From contig NC_092673.1 in NCBI RefSeq assembly GCF_964355755.1, forward strand, positions 22,007,648 through 22,071,647: a DNA stretch of 64,000 bases, in the 5' to 3' direction. The position numbers and the translations under genes are program-made. Numbering within the stretch: position 1 is the first letter of the stretch; every line of letters starts with the position of its first letter. The notes under the pieces are model-generated. The model did no database searches, was not told the origin of the DNA, and worked only from the letters and a program-made list of their open reading frames with translations. This DNA comes from Antedon mediterranea. Taxonomy: Eukaryota; Animalia; Echinodermata. Below, piece after piece: positions 47,096-59,577 of this stretch.

Positions 47096-50000
47096 ATATA
47101 TATATATACAAGTACAAAAAGTTAATAATGGGTCACAATTACATATTATCAAGCAGCACAAATTCTACTGACTTACTAACAGTAAAAATTAAAGATAAAA
47201 GAAAAAAAAATCAAATTAAGGGGTAGAAATGTTTTTCAATATTTCAGTCCTATGTGACATAGTTAGCTTTAATTAAAAATGATTTACTTTTATTGTCAAG
47301 AATAAAGCAAATTGATAAACTTTATAAAACTTATAACAGATCTAGAAACTAACATAGGGTAACCATTATTTTATTAGAAAGACTACTACTACTACTTTGT
47401 ATGTGCTGAAAAATGTTACATGAATGTGAAAAATAGAGTAGTTATTACTTGAGGCGACGTCCGAGAAAAATGTGCAAATTGTAACAATAGAATATGGATT
47501 ATAAACTACGAAAGGTGTGTCACCGTAAGTTGTATATCAAATATAATGAGAAAATAAATCAAGTAATGACAAAGACCAAGTTTGTAAATGTAGCAGAGGA
47601 CCTAGATCATGTCGTTAATGACACCACAATATACCTCTACAATTACAAAGCAAGACACAGTTTTCAGAAACATCAATACAATTTTTAATCAAACTGTAAT
47701 GACTTTTTGAGAGATTCATTATTTTGTGGAATGCTTCAAAATTAACTCAAGAATAATATACAAAGTTCCACTACTGTACATGGCGTCTCAAAAATGAATT
47801 AAAAAGTTATGTTAAATCGTACGTATATTTACGTACAAGAATGCTATCCAATTTAAATGCTATATATAGTACAAAATAAAAATAATTTGGCATTAAACTA
47901 TGGGAAACCCCACTAAAAACATGATATTATAGTGGATAATGACCCACACCATGAAAATGTCTTCTTCCGGGGTTCTCCCAATTGTTAAAAAATACAGTTT
48001 GGTGCCTTTCGTTTTTATGGCGCACACCAAGCAACAAGATGGAAAATCATTCCCACATTTTATTGTATTTTATACTGACCGAACAAATGAAAATGACAAA
48101 AATAAATGAATACTGTATATATATCTATTGTATTACGATCTCATTTTAAAGTTTGTTTAGATAGAGAAGTTCAGTACATTCCATTGTATGTATACTAAAC
48201 TCATTTTATCTCATGAAGTAAAATAATTTACTGTACTCTCGACTTAAACTGTTGATTTTATATCTGGCATTGACTGAAATAAACTTTTTTTTATCATTGT
48301 ATAAAAAAAAAGTATGACCTGTTTTAAATGTGGAATGCTTTGTTATTTCAAAAAATTTTGAATAAATTTAACAGAATATAAGAACGTGCTAGAACCAATA
48401 ATTAGTTTCAGACTCGGGTTACATAAAGTAGAAAATGTTGAACGAAAAACATGTCAAAATAACTCACAAATGTAGGTTCAAACCATAGAGATATTATGTT
48501 CAAACACAACATGAATTATAAAGAAAGTCACTTCACAAATGTGTACACATCTAGGTATCATTCGTACTCATTGCTCCTTGAAGAATTCAACTAATTTCAC
48601 AGGAGAGAATTTAATCATTAATTTTACAGAAAACTAAAGCGGCGATACAGCATTTCACAGACAATGAGGAGACTAAACATCTCTACTGAACACATTTGAA
48701 TCAGCAAGCAATTCATTTATAGGTGCTTTGTACAACTTGGCTGCCTTTTGCACTCAAACTGTGAATTTAAATCTTACCTAAGAGAGCTATATCCTAGACA
48801 ATTGACTGATCACAGTAAAGCAGGTATAATAAGTCCTAGACATGAGATTACAGTGGTGTTTAGCTAAATGGTGCTACACCTCGTTGGAGAGCATCAATGG
48901 AATTCAGATAAAGGATGAGTCATACATAATTACACAGGTGATGCTTTAAACAAATGAACAAATGAGAGTTGAGATATATCCTGTCAGACAGGCATTCCTA
49001 ACAGGACAATCAACTTTTAACGCTTTTATCTAATTAATCCTATCCAGATTAACTCTTATTCATGTGTTACATAATATTAACACTAACAGTTGATACTTTA
49101 CTGTATGGCTTTATTTATATAATTAGACAGGCACTGGATTTACTTAATGCCATTATTGTTGAACTTACTACTGTACTGTATTAGTATCACCAAATCCTTA
49201 GTTTGAAAAAACAATATAATTTTATTTACCTTGCCATATACAGAATGAAATATAAATAAAATAGGAAACAACAATATTAAGTATCAATTCAAAGCACTTC
49301 AATTTATTCAAAACATTTCTTAATTTCAGACTAACACGAGCAAAAGAAAGATGATATCAGTAAATGATTAAAGCCTTGATCAGATCACAGTGGATTTGAT
49401 CAAATTAACCGAGTTGCCGCCTATATTGACTAAGGCTCAATTCCACCGGTTAATTTTACCAACCACTGCCTGCCCACTAGAACTTGCCTGATGGCATTTC
49501 TTTTACTTTAGCCAAAAGTCCAATGTACCTTTTATCCTATTTAACTAATTCACAAACTATTGGTTAAACTGGTTTATTGCATTCATATTTTAGATAGAGG
49601 TACTGTATACTTAAAAATTGAAACTCAAATTTAAGGAGCGAGGGTTTGATTTGAATAATTTCTAAACCGAGGTCGCACTAAACCACTTATAAAAATATAA
49701 ATAATTTATTAATTAAAACCCATGAATGTTTCATGGTTAATATCAACCAAGTCCATGTCTGATTTGTGCATTAAACCTTAAAGATATTTGTACAATTATT
49801 AAGTTTTTGTAACTTTTGATTTATTAAACTTGGGCATTCAATGAGTTCTACTCTCTCAGCCATCATGGAACATTAGTGTGGCCACATAAAGAATCCAGAG
49901 AATGCAATATCTATCCTCTCCTGCTGGGTTGCTTACTTCATGTCAGAGATACCTAGGTCATAGGTCAACAATAAACTGTTTATATTATATATTATGGATG

Positions 50001-51255
50001 AAATACATGTGATCTACTTGCATTAAATAGCTTATATAGCACAAATATACAGGTAGCAAGCTAGCAATGAAACCACCCTCAAAGCCTAGCGTATTTTATT
50101 ATTTTGCAATCTATTCTAAACTCATTCATTGTCTACTTTTCTTTTATACAATAAAACTCCTATTTAGGGGACATCTTTAGGACCCAACAAAGTGTAACAT
50201 ACTGCCCATCATTTGTTTCACAAGTGTCCCCTAAAGAATTCTGTTGCATTTTGTATTTCATTCCATAATTCGTGAAAGAGAATCTACGAGATACGAGCGT
50301 GCGCACGCCCCAATCGGTGAAGACTTGGACATACTTTTTTTTAATAAAGCAATATCAAAAACTAATAATATAATATAATATAATTATTTCATGAAATTCC
50401 GATCAAACTTCAAAAAGGTAAGTTCTCGTTTAATCTAACAATTTTACAAGCACAATGCTTAAAAATTAAGCATTTGATAAGTGTAAACTTTAATATTTCC
50501 ATTTATTATAAACCAAAAATATTGAAATTATATCTATTAAAATAAGATACTGAACTATAACTAAATTAATATTCTGAATCATTGAAACAAAAACAAATTT
50601 GATCAAATTTTTTTTTAAATGTTTAAAAAGTATTCTTAAAACGTACATGATGTTTTTATTACCGATTAAAAAGATAGCAATTACTAGAGAATTTCTGTAA
50701 TGCCAATCATTTACATACAAATCTACTTTTATAGATAAAATACAATTAGCAGTTAAAATACTAGCATACCAACATTTCCATTAGTCAAGGCATTAGTAGT
50801 ATTAATACAACATGTTATGTCTTCTTTTACGACCAAGATCGTTTATGAAATACTACTTGACCCAGATTTTAATGTCAAAAAACAAAAACCTACTTTTTAT
50901 CAATTTGTAATAAAATAGAATAAAAGTCTTATGATAAAGTTGTGCTTTTTTTTTTTAATGAAATAAGTGAAAGTTTGCAGTTCTAAATCCAAACGGCATT
51001 TATAGTAGTACACTCTTTGTAACAGGGTTGGTCTATTTTACATACTGTTACACTTCACAGTTTCAAGGGTATTCATTAATCTAAAAACAAACATAGGGTA
51101 AAATATATATTGTCCCATCAAAACATGAAAAATAAAGATTTTAATAAAATGAGGTACCCAGACGTAATTACATTCTTGGCAATGCAGTTCAAACTCTTCC
51201 CAAATGATTAGGTGAATATTCAGACTTGTTACTGCAACCAGGTGTATTAAATCGC

Positions 51256-51298
51256 AACTAGACGCGGAACTAGACGCGGAACTAGACGCGGAACTAGA
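51256..51298. repeat. 12-bp tandem repeat AACTAGACGCGG x3.5
   Basis: Direct reading of the sequence. Confidence 0.9.
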
Positions 51299-54200
51299 GA
51301 TAAAACACAGAAATAAGAAAATGCCCAAATATTGTTCCTGCCAAGAAATTGGGATAATTCATTAATCGGTTATTTTCTCACAGCAGAAACAAGTCATTGG
51401 TAATAACCTAGAGCCATTATTTCTAGCTAACTAATTCATTGAGCTTACACTAATATCTACAGCTCAATATAGATTTAATAGCACTACATTAATATCATAA
51501 AATCATTAATGCTGTAAGGACTATTTCATAGAAATGCATCATCCATATAAGACCGGTAGGACACCTGTTTACATTACTTTGATTGATTGCAAGAAGCCTT
51601 CAATTCACAAAAATGCATTCGCATTTGTACAATGCGTAAAACCACAATCTTATAATTCTCTACAGGAAATAAACCTGAACAACATGTCGCCTGTGGGTAA
51701 CAAATCTTAAGCCAGAACTGAACAATATCAACAAGAAAACGCAAATAAAAAATTTGTATTCTGTCTTTAGAATCTGTTGCTTGCGAATAATTCAACATTT
51801 GTAAGAGTTCAACTACTTTGTGATCAGGTTCAGATGGCCATTCAGTGCTTTGGTTTCACTACCTGCCAATTAAAATACGCTGTACACTAAAGCAAATAAA
51901 ACTGTTGTATAAATAATGAAATAAACTGATTTGCAATAAAAATAAATACCAGTCTACTAAAATGTGTAATCAGTATAATCTTTATTGCGTTCTCAAACCG
52001 AGAAAATATCTTCTTAATTCAGAAGCTAGGAAAATAGACACGGAAATATTATTATAAAACATTATCAAATTATACAGATTACTATACATTTCTTTAAAAA
52101 CTTTATAAATATTAGTTATTTGGAAACTTTCAAATTGATATAATTAAAAAGAAAAGAAAGAAAAATGCTCATTTACTTGGTGTCAGTCATATTTACAGTT
52201 TTGGTGATGAAAGTCAGAATAAATTGTGATATTTAGAACCATTTTTATAGTCGGTTCTTTTGTGAAGACCAGAATAATAAAGTTTTAAAACAGTTTTATC
52301 CTTCTCATCAGTAGAAACTGAAAAGAGTATGGTATTTGTTTTATAATTGTTTGATTCAAACAATAGTGAAACAAGAATATTTAAAATCTGACCAAAATTA
52401 TTACACTATGTTGACAATAATGATGACTGTGGTACGTTCCCACATGAAGAAATGGTTGCAGACTAGTCCATTCTGGTACCCAGGTGTTCAATAACTTTTT
52501 ACTTTTCATATCTAAACCCTCCCTCTGGAGAGCATGGGCTATTGTCGGTTTATCCAGGTAAGCTTGGCATGAAATAGAATATAAACTTATGAATCTACTG
52601 TATGATGATAAAACTTTTTTTATGAAATAAAATAATAATTATTATGTCACTGACAGTGATAAGAAATTATGATGATGACAATACATTATGAAATTATTAT
52701 GACTACTAGTGACAATTAGACTCTTTGTCACTTTCATTATGCACTGTAGTGACAATGTCTGAAATAACATTACCATATTATCACAATAAAATGCTGCAAG
52801 CAATGAAACACGAATGAAGACACCAGCATTTCAGACAGGAAATGAAAGCTGAATTAAGACTTTTATTTCACTAATCAATTTCTCTTCCGATGAGAAGTGA
52901 CAAAGGGATAACATCAAAGGTAGTAGACAAAAAAGCTATTCTGAGTTACGATGAAACAATAACAGGCGTTAACAGATTCCAATACAATGCACTCAACAAT
53001 ATTAAAATTCTTATAAAATTAATTATTTTTTTTAAATTGTATTTTTGAATGCAGATGTTTTTATGATTGAACTAAAAAGAACTTGTCACGGTCTATTTAT
53101 AGATGTAATTATGTATATTTCATTGAACTAATGATGAACATTGACAAATATATAAAATGTGTGAAGACACAAAAAAACAAGTAAGGTTGAGAATTTCTCA
53201 ATGTTTCAGTTCAAATGTCAAGCCACCTGGAATAACTAGTACTATGAACACAAATGATGAGTCCCAATTGGTCCCTAGACTTTCAGAACATAGGAAAGTT
53301 ACCAAATTGGACCTTAATACTGTAGATGATAGATGAATATACAATATCTGTTATAATAATTCCAGCTATTTTAGCCTAAATTGCTTGTATTAAAAAATTT
53401 CATATATGTGCTGTTTCACGGAGCTATAAATTAATTTTTTAATAGTTGATATGGTAAGAATAAATTCCTCATCTGATATTTTGTGTATTAATTTATAAAT
53501 TAAACAAAATGAGTTATTATTATTATTATATACAGTACTGTAGAAGGTCAAGTTGATATTCAGTAACAGCTAATTCTCACAATGCATTAAACTAATTATG
53601 TCCATTAGAGTTTGTTTACCCTTCTAGTTGATTGCTTAAAACAACTTAATAATTTCTGGGAACCATAGGGAAAATCTCCTATTCCTTGTACAGGTATCTT
53701 AATTAAGTCTACTGAACCAAATAATTGCATATCATGGTCATATGATTGATGAAAGAATTCACAAGTTAAAAAGTTAATACTACCTAAAGGCAACATCAAG
53801 CACTTTGCTATTATTTGTACTTAAAGGAATTAATCTAGCGTAAGTGACATCAACTGTAATTACAAATGCAGAAGGCACAATTTTAACAATACTTGAATAT
53901 TCACAACAGTATAAACTAATTAAGAGATTCTTACAGTTTATACTATTCCCAAAAAATGACTTCTTGCTAATTAATTATTATTATTATATTATATTTCTGA
54001 TCAAAACTAATCAAAGCAAAAACAAATAGTATATACAAATATTAGATAGTGCCATAACACAGCACCATGGGCAAAACACATTCGCCCTAATAATTAATAA
54101 TCCCGACTCCCTGTCAGGGCTACCACAGGTTTGTTAGTAGATAACCACCTCTTGTATTTCATGTTTCATGACATAATCTTTTTTTTATAGTATAACAATC

Positions 54201-54509
54201 TTTAGAGCAAATAAACCCTTTGGAGTCCTTTACTTTAATAAACATCAATTGACAATGTATTTTTATATTACTTTTAACTGTACTTAGATACTGCACTCAT
54301 TATTATAGAGGGCTACACACTATATAAAGCTGATCCACCTGGAAAGAAATTTGAGACAGCAAGCCTCCCGATTTTCCGTCTTGGCTTTTCCACGGTACAG
54401 ATTATTATAGCGATCTCTATGGCTTTTACAATTACTAGTCTTTTTATTTACCATCAGTAATTAATGATTTCCTGCATTAAATAGCAACGGAAATGGTAAC
54501 TTAACTCAC

Positions 54510-54608
54510 CTAATAATTGCATTCCTTTACATCGAGAACAAGGCACCACCAGTCACCTCTTTCCGTTTTGGTTTTCCCATCCACTGCTTCCATGCATGAA
54601 TTGGCCGC
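54510..54608 (-). other. Candidate non-coding exon, 99 nt
   Basis: Acceptor catttttgcag and donor TAG|gtgagt; locally higher GC than the flanks. Confidence 0.35.
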
Positions 54609-57600
54609 CTGCAAAAATGGTTATTTATGTCTATAGATGGCGCTATTTTAAATATATCTCTTGTCAGAAAAATGGTTCTCTGTACTCTTTTTAATTGTCA
54701 ATAATATTATATTATTATGGTTACCTTTTCATAATCCGTACCTTCTTCTATAATAGTAAGGAACAAATCAATCATCATTCCAAATACAAGAACATTTCTA
54801 CCTAGAAATGTCCAAACAACCCTCCATTTACTTATAGTTGTTGATGTTTCACATTCTTGGCCACAAGAGTCTCACTTTCATCCACCAATGTTTCTTTAGT
54901 TTTAGCCTAAAATGTACTTATTTTGATTGTTCTTATTCTGGTCTTGTAAATTGTCAATTTGGATTTTAAAAACATGTTAAAGTTTTAAAAGATCGACAAT
55001 GGATAAAAGTTGATTAAAAAGTTAGTATAATGATATAATCGTCTGTTGGTTAACAAAAACTGTCCATGAATTTAACAAGAAGTTTTACCCTGATTATATG
55101 TTGTCGTGGAGGTATAATGTTGTATTCACATTTTTGTTCTTTTGTTACTCAACTTATATTTTTTTTCTGCGAATTTAACCTTTAAGTGTTCTTTTAAAAA
55201 GGCATATTTTTACAACCGGCCCAAACTTAAAAATTAGTACGCTGGAAGGCCAAAATATAGTAAAGTCAACATGTACATAACACATTTATTTCCCTTAACT
55301 ATCATTTTGATATAGTGAAATTTCTCCACCATTTTTTATTGTTCAGAATTTATCCAATGTAAAAATAAACGACCCTGTTTATGTGTGATGAAACATGATA
55401 TGATACTTGATTGGTGATAAAGTTTTTACACAGAGAGCAAAGCTGAGATTGTAATAGCGCCCCCAATACTTACATATACTTGAATGATAATCAGTGTGAC
55501 ATAATTTAGTAGCCCATATGTTTACATTTGTTGCAGGTGTTCTGTAATTAAATACTACACTTCGTTTAGTTGATATTAACCTGAACAAAGTGAACTAATA
55601 AAATATCAATATAGAATTGCATTATAATCTTGGCCAGATTTCAATCAAATGGATGGTGATACCATTCTATTGGTGATACAGTACATCAATGAGGCATGAT
55701 GTATGGGGATAAGCCATCAAAATAAAATAAACGTTCAAGCTCAACCTGACCAACCACCTCCCCCCTCCACTGGTTCAAAGTGAATAATCAGTCTTTAAAA
55801 TAAAATGGAATATTTTCATTTATATCAAAGTTGAGACCTAAAATAATAAATGGTTTATTGTTTTGCTCATTTTTGCAATTTTGAGGTAAGAAGAGTATAG
55901 GAGATCTTGAAATAAATATTGGAGCCTGGAGTTTAACATGCTTGTTTACCACATACCAGAATCATGGGTTTAAATCCTGGTTTCTTCAAGTTTGGAAAGA
56001 TTTTATCATTTCCAAATTAGCATGACTAGCTATCCGCCTGAGCCACTCTTGTACTAGGCCGCTTCAGGATATCCACATTTTTTTTAGTCCGATTCAGCAT
56101 GTTTCCACTTTTTCTTTCAAAACGACAGCTCCAATAGTTCACTTAATTTTCATTGCAATTGGTCATGGTTCCTTTGCATTTAGACCAGCCCAATTCATTC
56201 GTGTGGTGACACTAACAATTTTTTTGGGTGTGGGGGGGGGGGGGGGATGGTCTGTTGAGGGCTTAATTATTTTTGCCTAAAGGTAACCATCATGTGCTGA
56301 TGATGAAAAGGATTGCTGCGTGTGCTCTGAGAGATCAAATTTAACAAGTATACATCCAATGAGTAAACTTGCTTATTTATAGAATCTATACAATGCATGC
56401 TGGAATTAAAATTCCTCCATTATGAAAGTTATTTGTTGAATGCGTCTACGTGTGCAGTTTAACTGTGTAGGCTAGATTACAGAATTTCTCAGACACACCT
56501 ATCCTCAATCAGTTATTATCAAAACATCTTAATATCCCGTTGGCGTGCAGTAATATTGTCATTTCTGATAAGAACTATAGTAAACAGACAAATTTGAAAA
56601 TAAATACGACTTTTGAACCAACATGAAATCATAATGTAGTATTTTATTAGATTGTTAACACACCAAAACACAATCATACATATATTTATGAGCACAAACT
56701 GTAAATCCAAATATCAGCACCAGAATATAATAGCCTTATATACTTGTTATACTGTAACCTTAACTTTATTCATTGTCCACTGAATATGATACATTATATA
56801 ATATTACGACTTTTCTAGGATATTTCAAGGGCATTACAGAAGCAAAGTTAGATTAGAAATTATTTTGAAATAATGCTGACTCACTTTAAGAACAATCAAT
56901 GACTTTCAAAGGATACAGAATACCTCAACCAGTTTATGGCGCTTTCAAAAATATTTTACCTACCGTACAGTAAACCTTCTCATTCACAAACCCTTCTCAA
57001 TGATGCTACTGAAAAATTTTGTACAAAATCTATTTTTAATTTATGGTTTTGTGAAAAATCAGTCTCAGTTGCAAAGGTATTTTAAGTTAACAATACAATG
57101 ATTTTTTATACTTCAATTACTGATAAATAATATAGGGTTTCCTTTTAATCTTCTCATTACTAACTACAGTATTTCACTGCTTTCAGACCAAGGGGTATGT
57201 AAATGGGAAGGGCGACAGTACTACTAATAATATTTCATTTTTAAATTTTACATTTAGTTGAGTGCTTAGTATACATTTTAAAAGGCCTATTAGAGATGCC
57301 AATAATGGCTTTACCAACCTGCTCACCACAATAAATTATTAAACTCATTATATACTGTACCATCAATTATTGCTAGCCAAATAGTCAATACTACTAAATA
57401 CTCTTCCTCAATAATACTGCAGATTTATTAATATTTGCGGTTAAATTTAAAACTTATTCAATTATTAGTTTTCTTTTGTTTATAACTTAGTTTTCATACT
57501 AAAACTTTCATTTTCAAACTAAAACATAAAATGTAACAATAAAACCTCAATTTTATGACCAGTATCACTACGAATTAAAACTCATCTGAGTGAATTTTAG

Positions 57601-58917
57601 ACACTGATACTAGACTGAGTGATTTCAGGTTTAAACCAGAAAAAAAAAATGGATAGTAGTATGAAAAAAAAAAGTATACACTTACATATATAATATACTC
57701 GATACACAAGCAGTATTATGTCTAGCAACAATACAATACTGTACAGTATTGAGCCTTTTGACAGCAACCTTCATCCCATGTGAGATACTGTTATATTGAA
57801 AGGTTATTTTAGCTGGTTACTGTAGGTTAATATTTATAGGAGTTACGTGCTGTGGTATAAGCCAGCTACAGTCAGCAGACACGATCTGCATCTTGTTTGT
57901 CGTTAGACATGACACTGCATGAGAATCGGCCTCTAATAATATTCACAATTGCACACTTCTAGGCACATCATGCCTTATTAAGTTATATTATATTTACCTA
58001 AAATCAAAATTGAGGTATTTACTTCTGCATAATTAAGTATTCATGTCTAAATTGATTCATAAAGAAATTGATTCATAATCATTAAGAAATTAATTCGCAA
58101 CCTTAAAAAAATTATTTTTAGTTCTCTGTGTTACATTACATGATATTAGCACCATTGATTCATGCATATCAAACGAACGACTGTACCATCTTAACATGGA
58201 CATGATATGAATACTATTTCAAGGTCAAAGGTTACTGAAATTTCTAAGCTGTTTGAAGCTACAGTATGCAACAACTGTTTAATGCTGTCAAATATCTTAA
58301 TATGAGATACTATATAGAAGTCACTTCAATTAAAAACATTGAAAAAAAAAAATTGTTGAACTAAATTTATGAGAATACAAAATAAATTTACATCATAAAT
58401 ATTTACATTATTGCAGAAAATTCATAATGAAATGCTTCATAAACATAATTATATTAATACTACATAGTAGTTCTTACGTCGTTGCATAACGCATTCACCA
58501 ATTTATTGATCATCTGACTGAATAATAAATAGAAAAAAAGATTTCACTCATGCATGGTTTTGAAATGAGTAAAATTATAAACTTTTAAATCATGTGGGAT
58601 TACAATTTGTAGTTGATTTACAATCATTCTATTATTAACACCAATACAGGAAGTGTATTGTCGTGCTCAACCAAAAGGGAAATAATTGCTTTGAAAACAG
58701 CATACAAATTACCAACTTTAAAAAAATCTAAAATCCCAACAATAAATCAATGATTTAAAATGTAACCGTTTATTTCCTCGAATCTAAAAATATAAATAAG
58801 TGACTAATTTGGCTTCTTTTTCCTAACTGTAATACACATTATTCTGTCATTTTTTTTCTCAAATTATAAAACCTTTAAAATGATTAATTACGCTTGTTTA
58901 ATAGTAATTGTTGACTG

Positions 58918-59577
58918 TTATAGCAAGTCATCTGACATGGCACTATCCCTATGCAGTAGATGTAACTTCATCATCATGTTGACAAGTTCCGTACCTTCCT
59001 TCCACTGCGCGGCTGGCAGTACGGTTCTAAACGCCTTGCGTGTTTGCGTAAAACTCCTCGTGTCAAATGCTTCAAGCTCTCTAACAATCTCCAATGGATT
59101 TGGAACATTCAGATATATTCTTTTAATGATTAACATTACATTCCTATGATTTTTTGTCCATCCTAATCGTAAGCGCAATTGTTTCCACTTTGCTTTTGCA
59201 TTATTCAACGTAGTATCTTTCCCGTCTAGTCGCACACAGCGCTCAATGTGCGCCTCCATATCGTTAATAGTTCTTGGAAAGACATGCGGACGACAGATTT
59301 CTTTAGGAAGAACTTCGTTGAAGATGAAAGATTCGAGTCTGAACGCAGCTTGTCCCGCTAACATAGCCCATTTCTCGGCTTCTTTACGTTCATCTTCGTC
59401 AAGGTTATGCGACGATAACAATTTGATGCTGTCAATATCAATACTTGGTGGGCTCAGAGAGGTGTCGCTATTGTACGATACTGTATGTTCCTCCTTTGCG
59501 TGTGGTACGGGAAGGGAACTTGGTATTAACGTATTACCGTTCATAAGACCGAGAATGGTTGGTTCACCCAACATCAT
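58918..59577 (-). CDS. Uncharacterised 219-aa protein, single coding exon
   Basis: 660-nt ORF, visibly GC-richer than its flanks, with natural composition (S/P-rich N-terminus, helical-looking C-terminal domain). A strong acceptor ttttttttctatttcag lies 17 nt upstream (exon starts 59594), an in-frame TGA lies two codons before the ATG, and AATAAA follows downstream (~58770). Confidence 0.75.
   Translation of the reverse strand: MMLGEPTILGLMNGNTLIPSSLPVPHAKEEHTVSYNSDTSLSPPSIDIDSIKLLSSHNLDEDERKEAEKWAMLAGQAAFRLESFIFNEVLPKEICRPHVFPRTINDMEAHIERCVRLDGKDTTLNNAKAKWKQLRLRLGWTKNHRNVMLIIKRIYLNVPNPLEIVRELEAFDTRSFTQTRKAFRTVLPAAQWKEGTELVNMMMKLHLLHRDSAMSDDLL

Noticed and set aside
51038-51328. 96-aa ORF with signal-like start and SSSA repeats
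   Set aside because: The serine run comes from a 12-bp tandem repeat, the start is non-ATG, and there is no other coding support.
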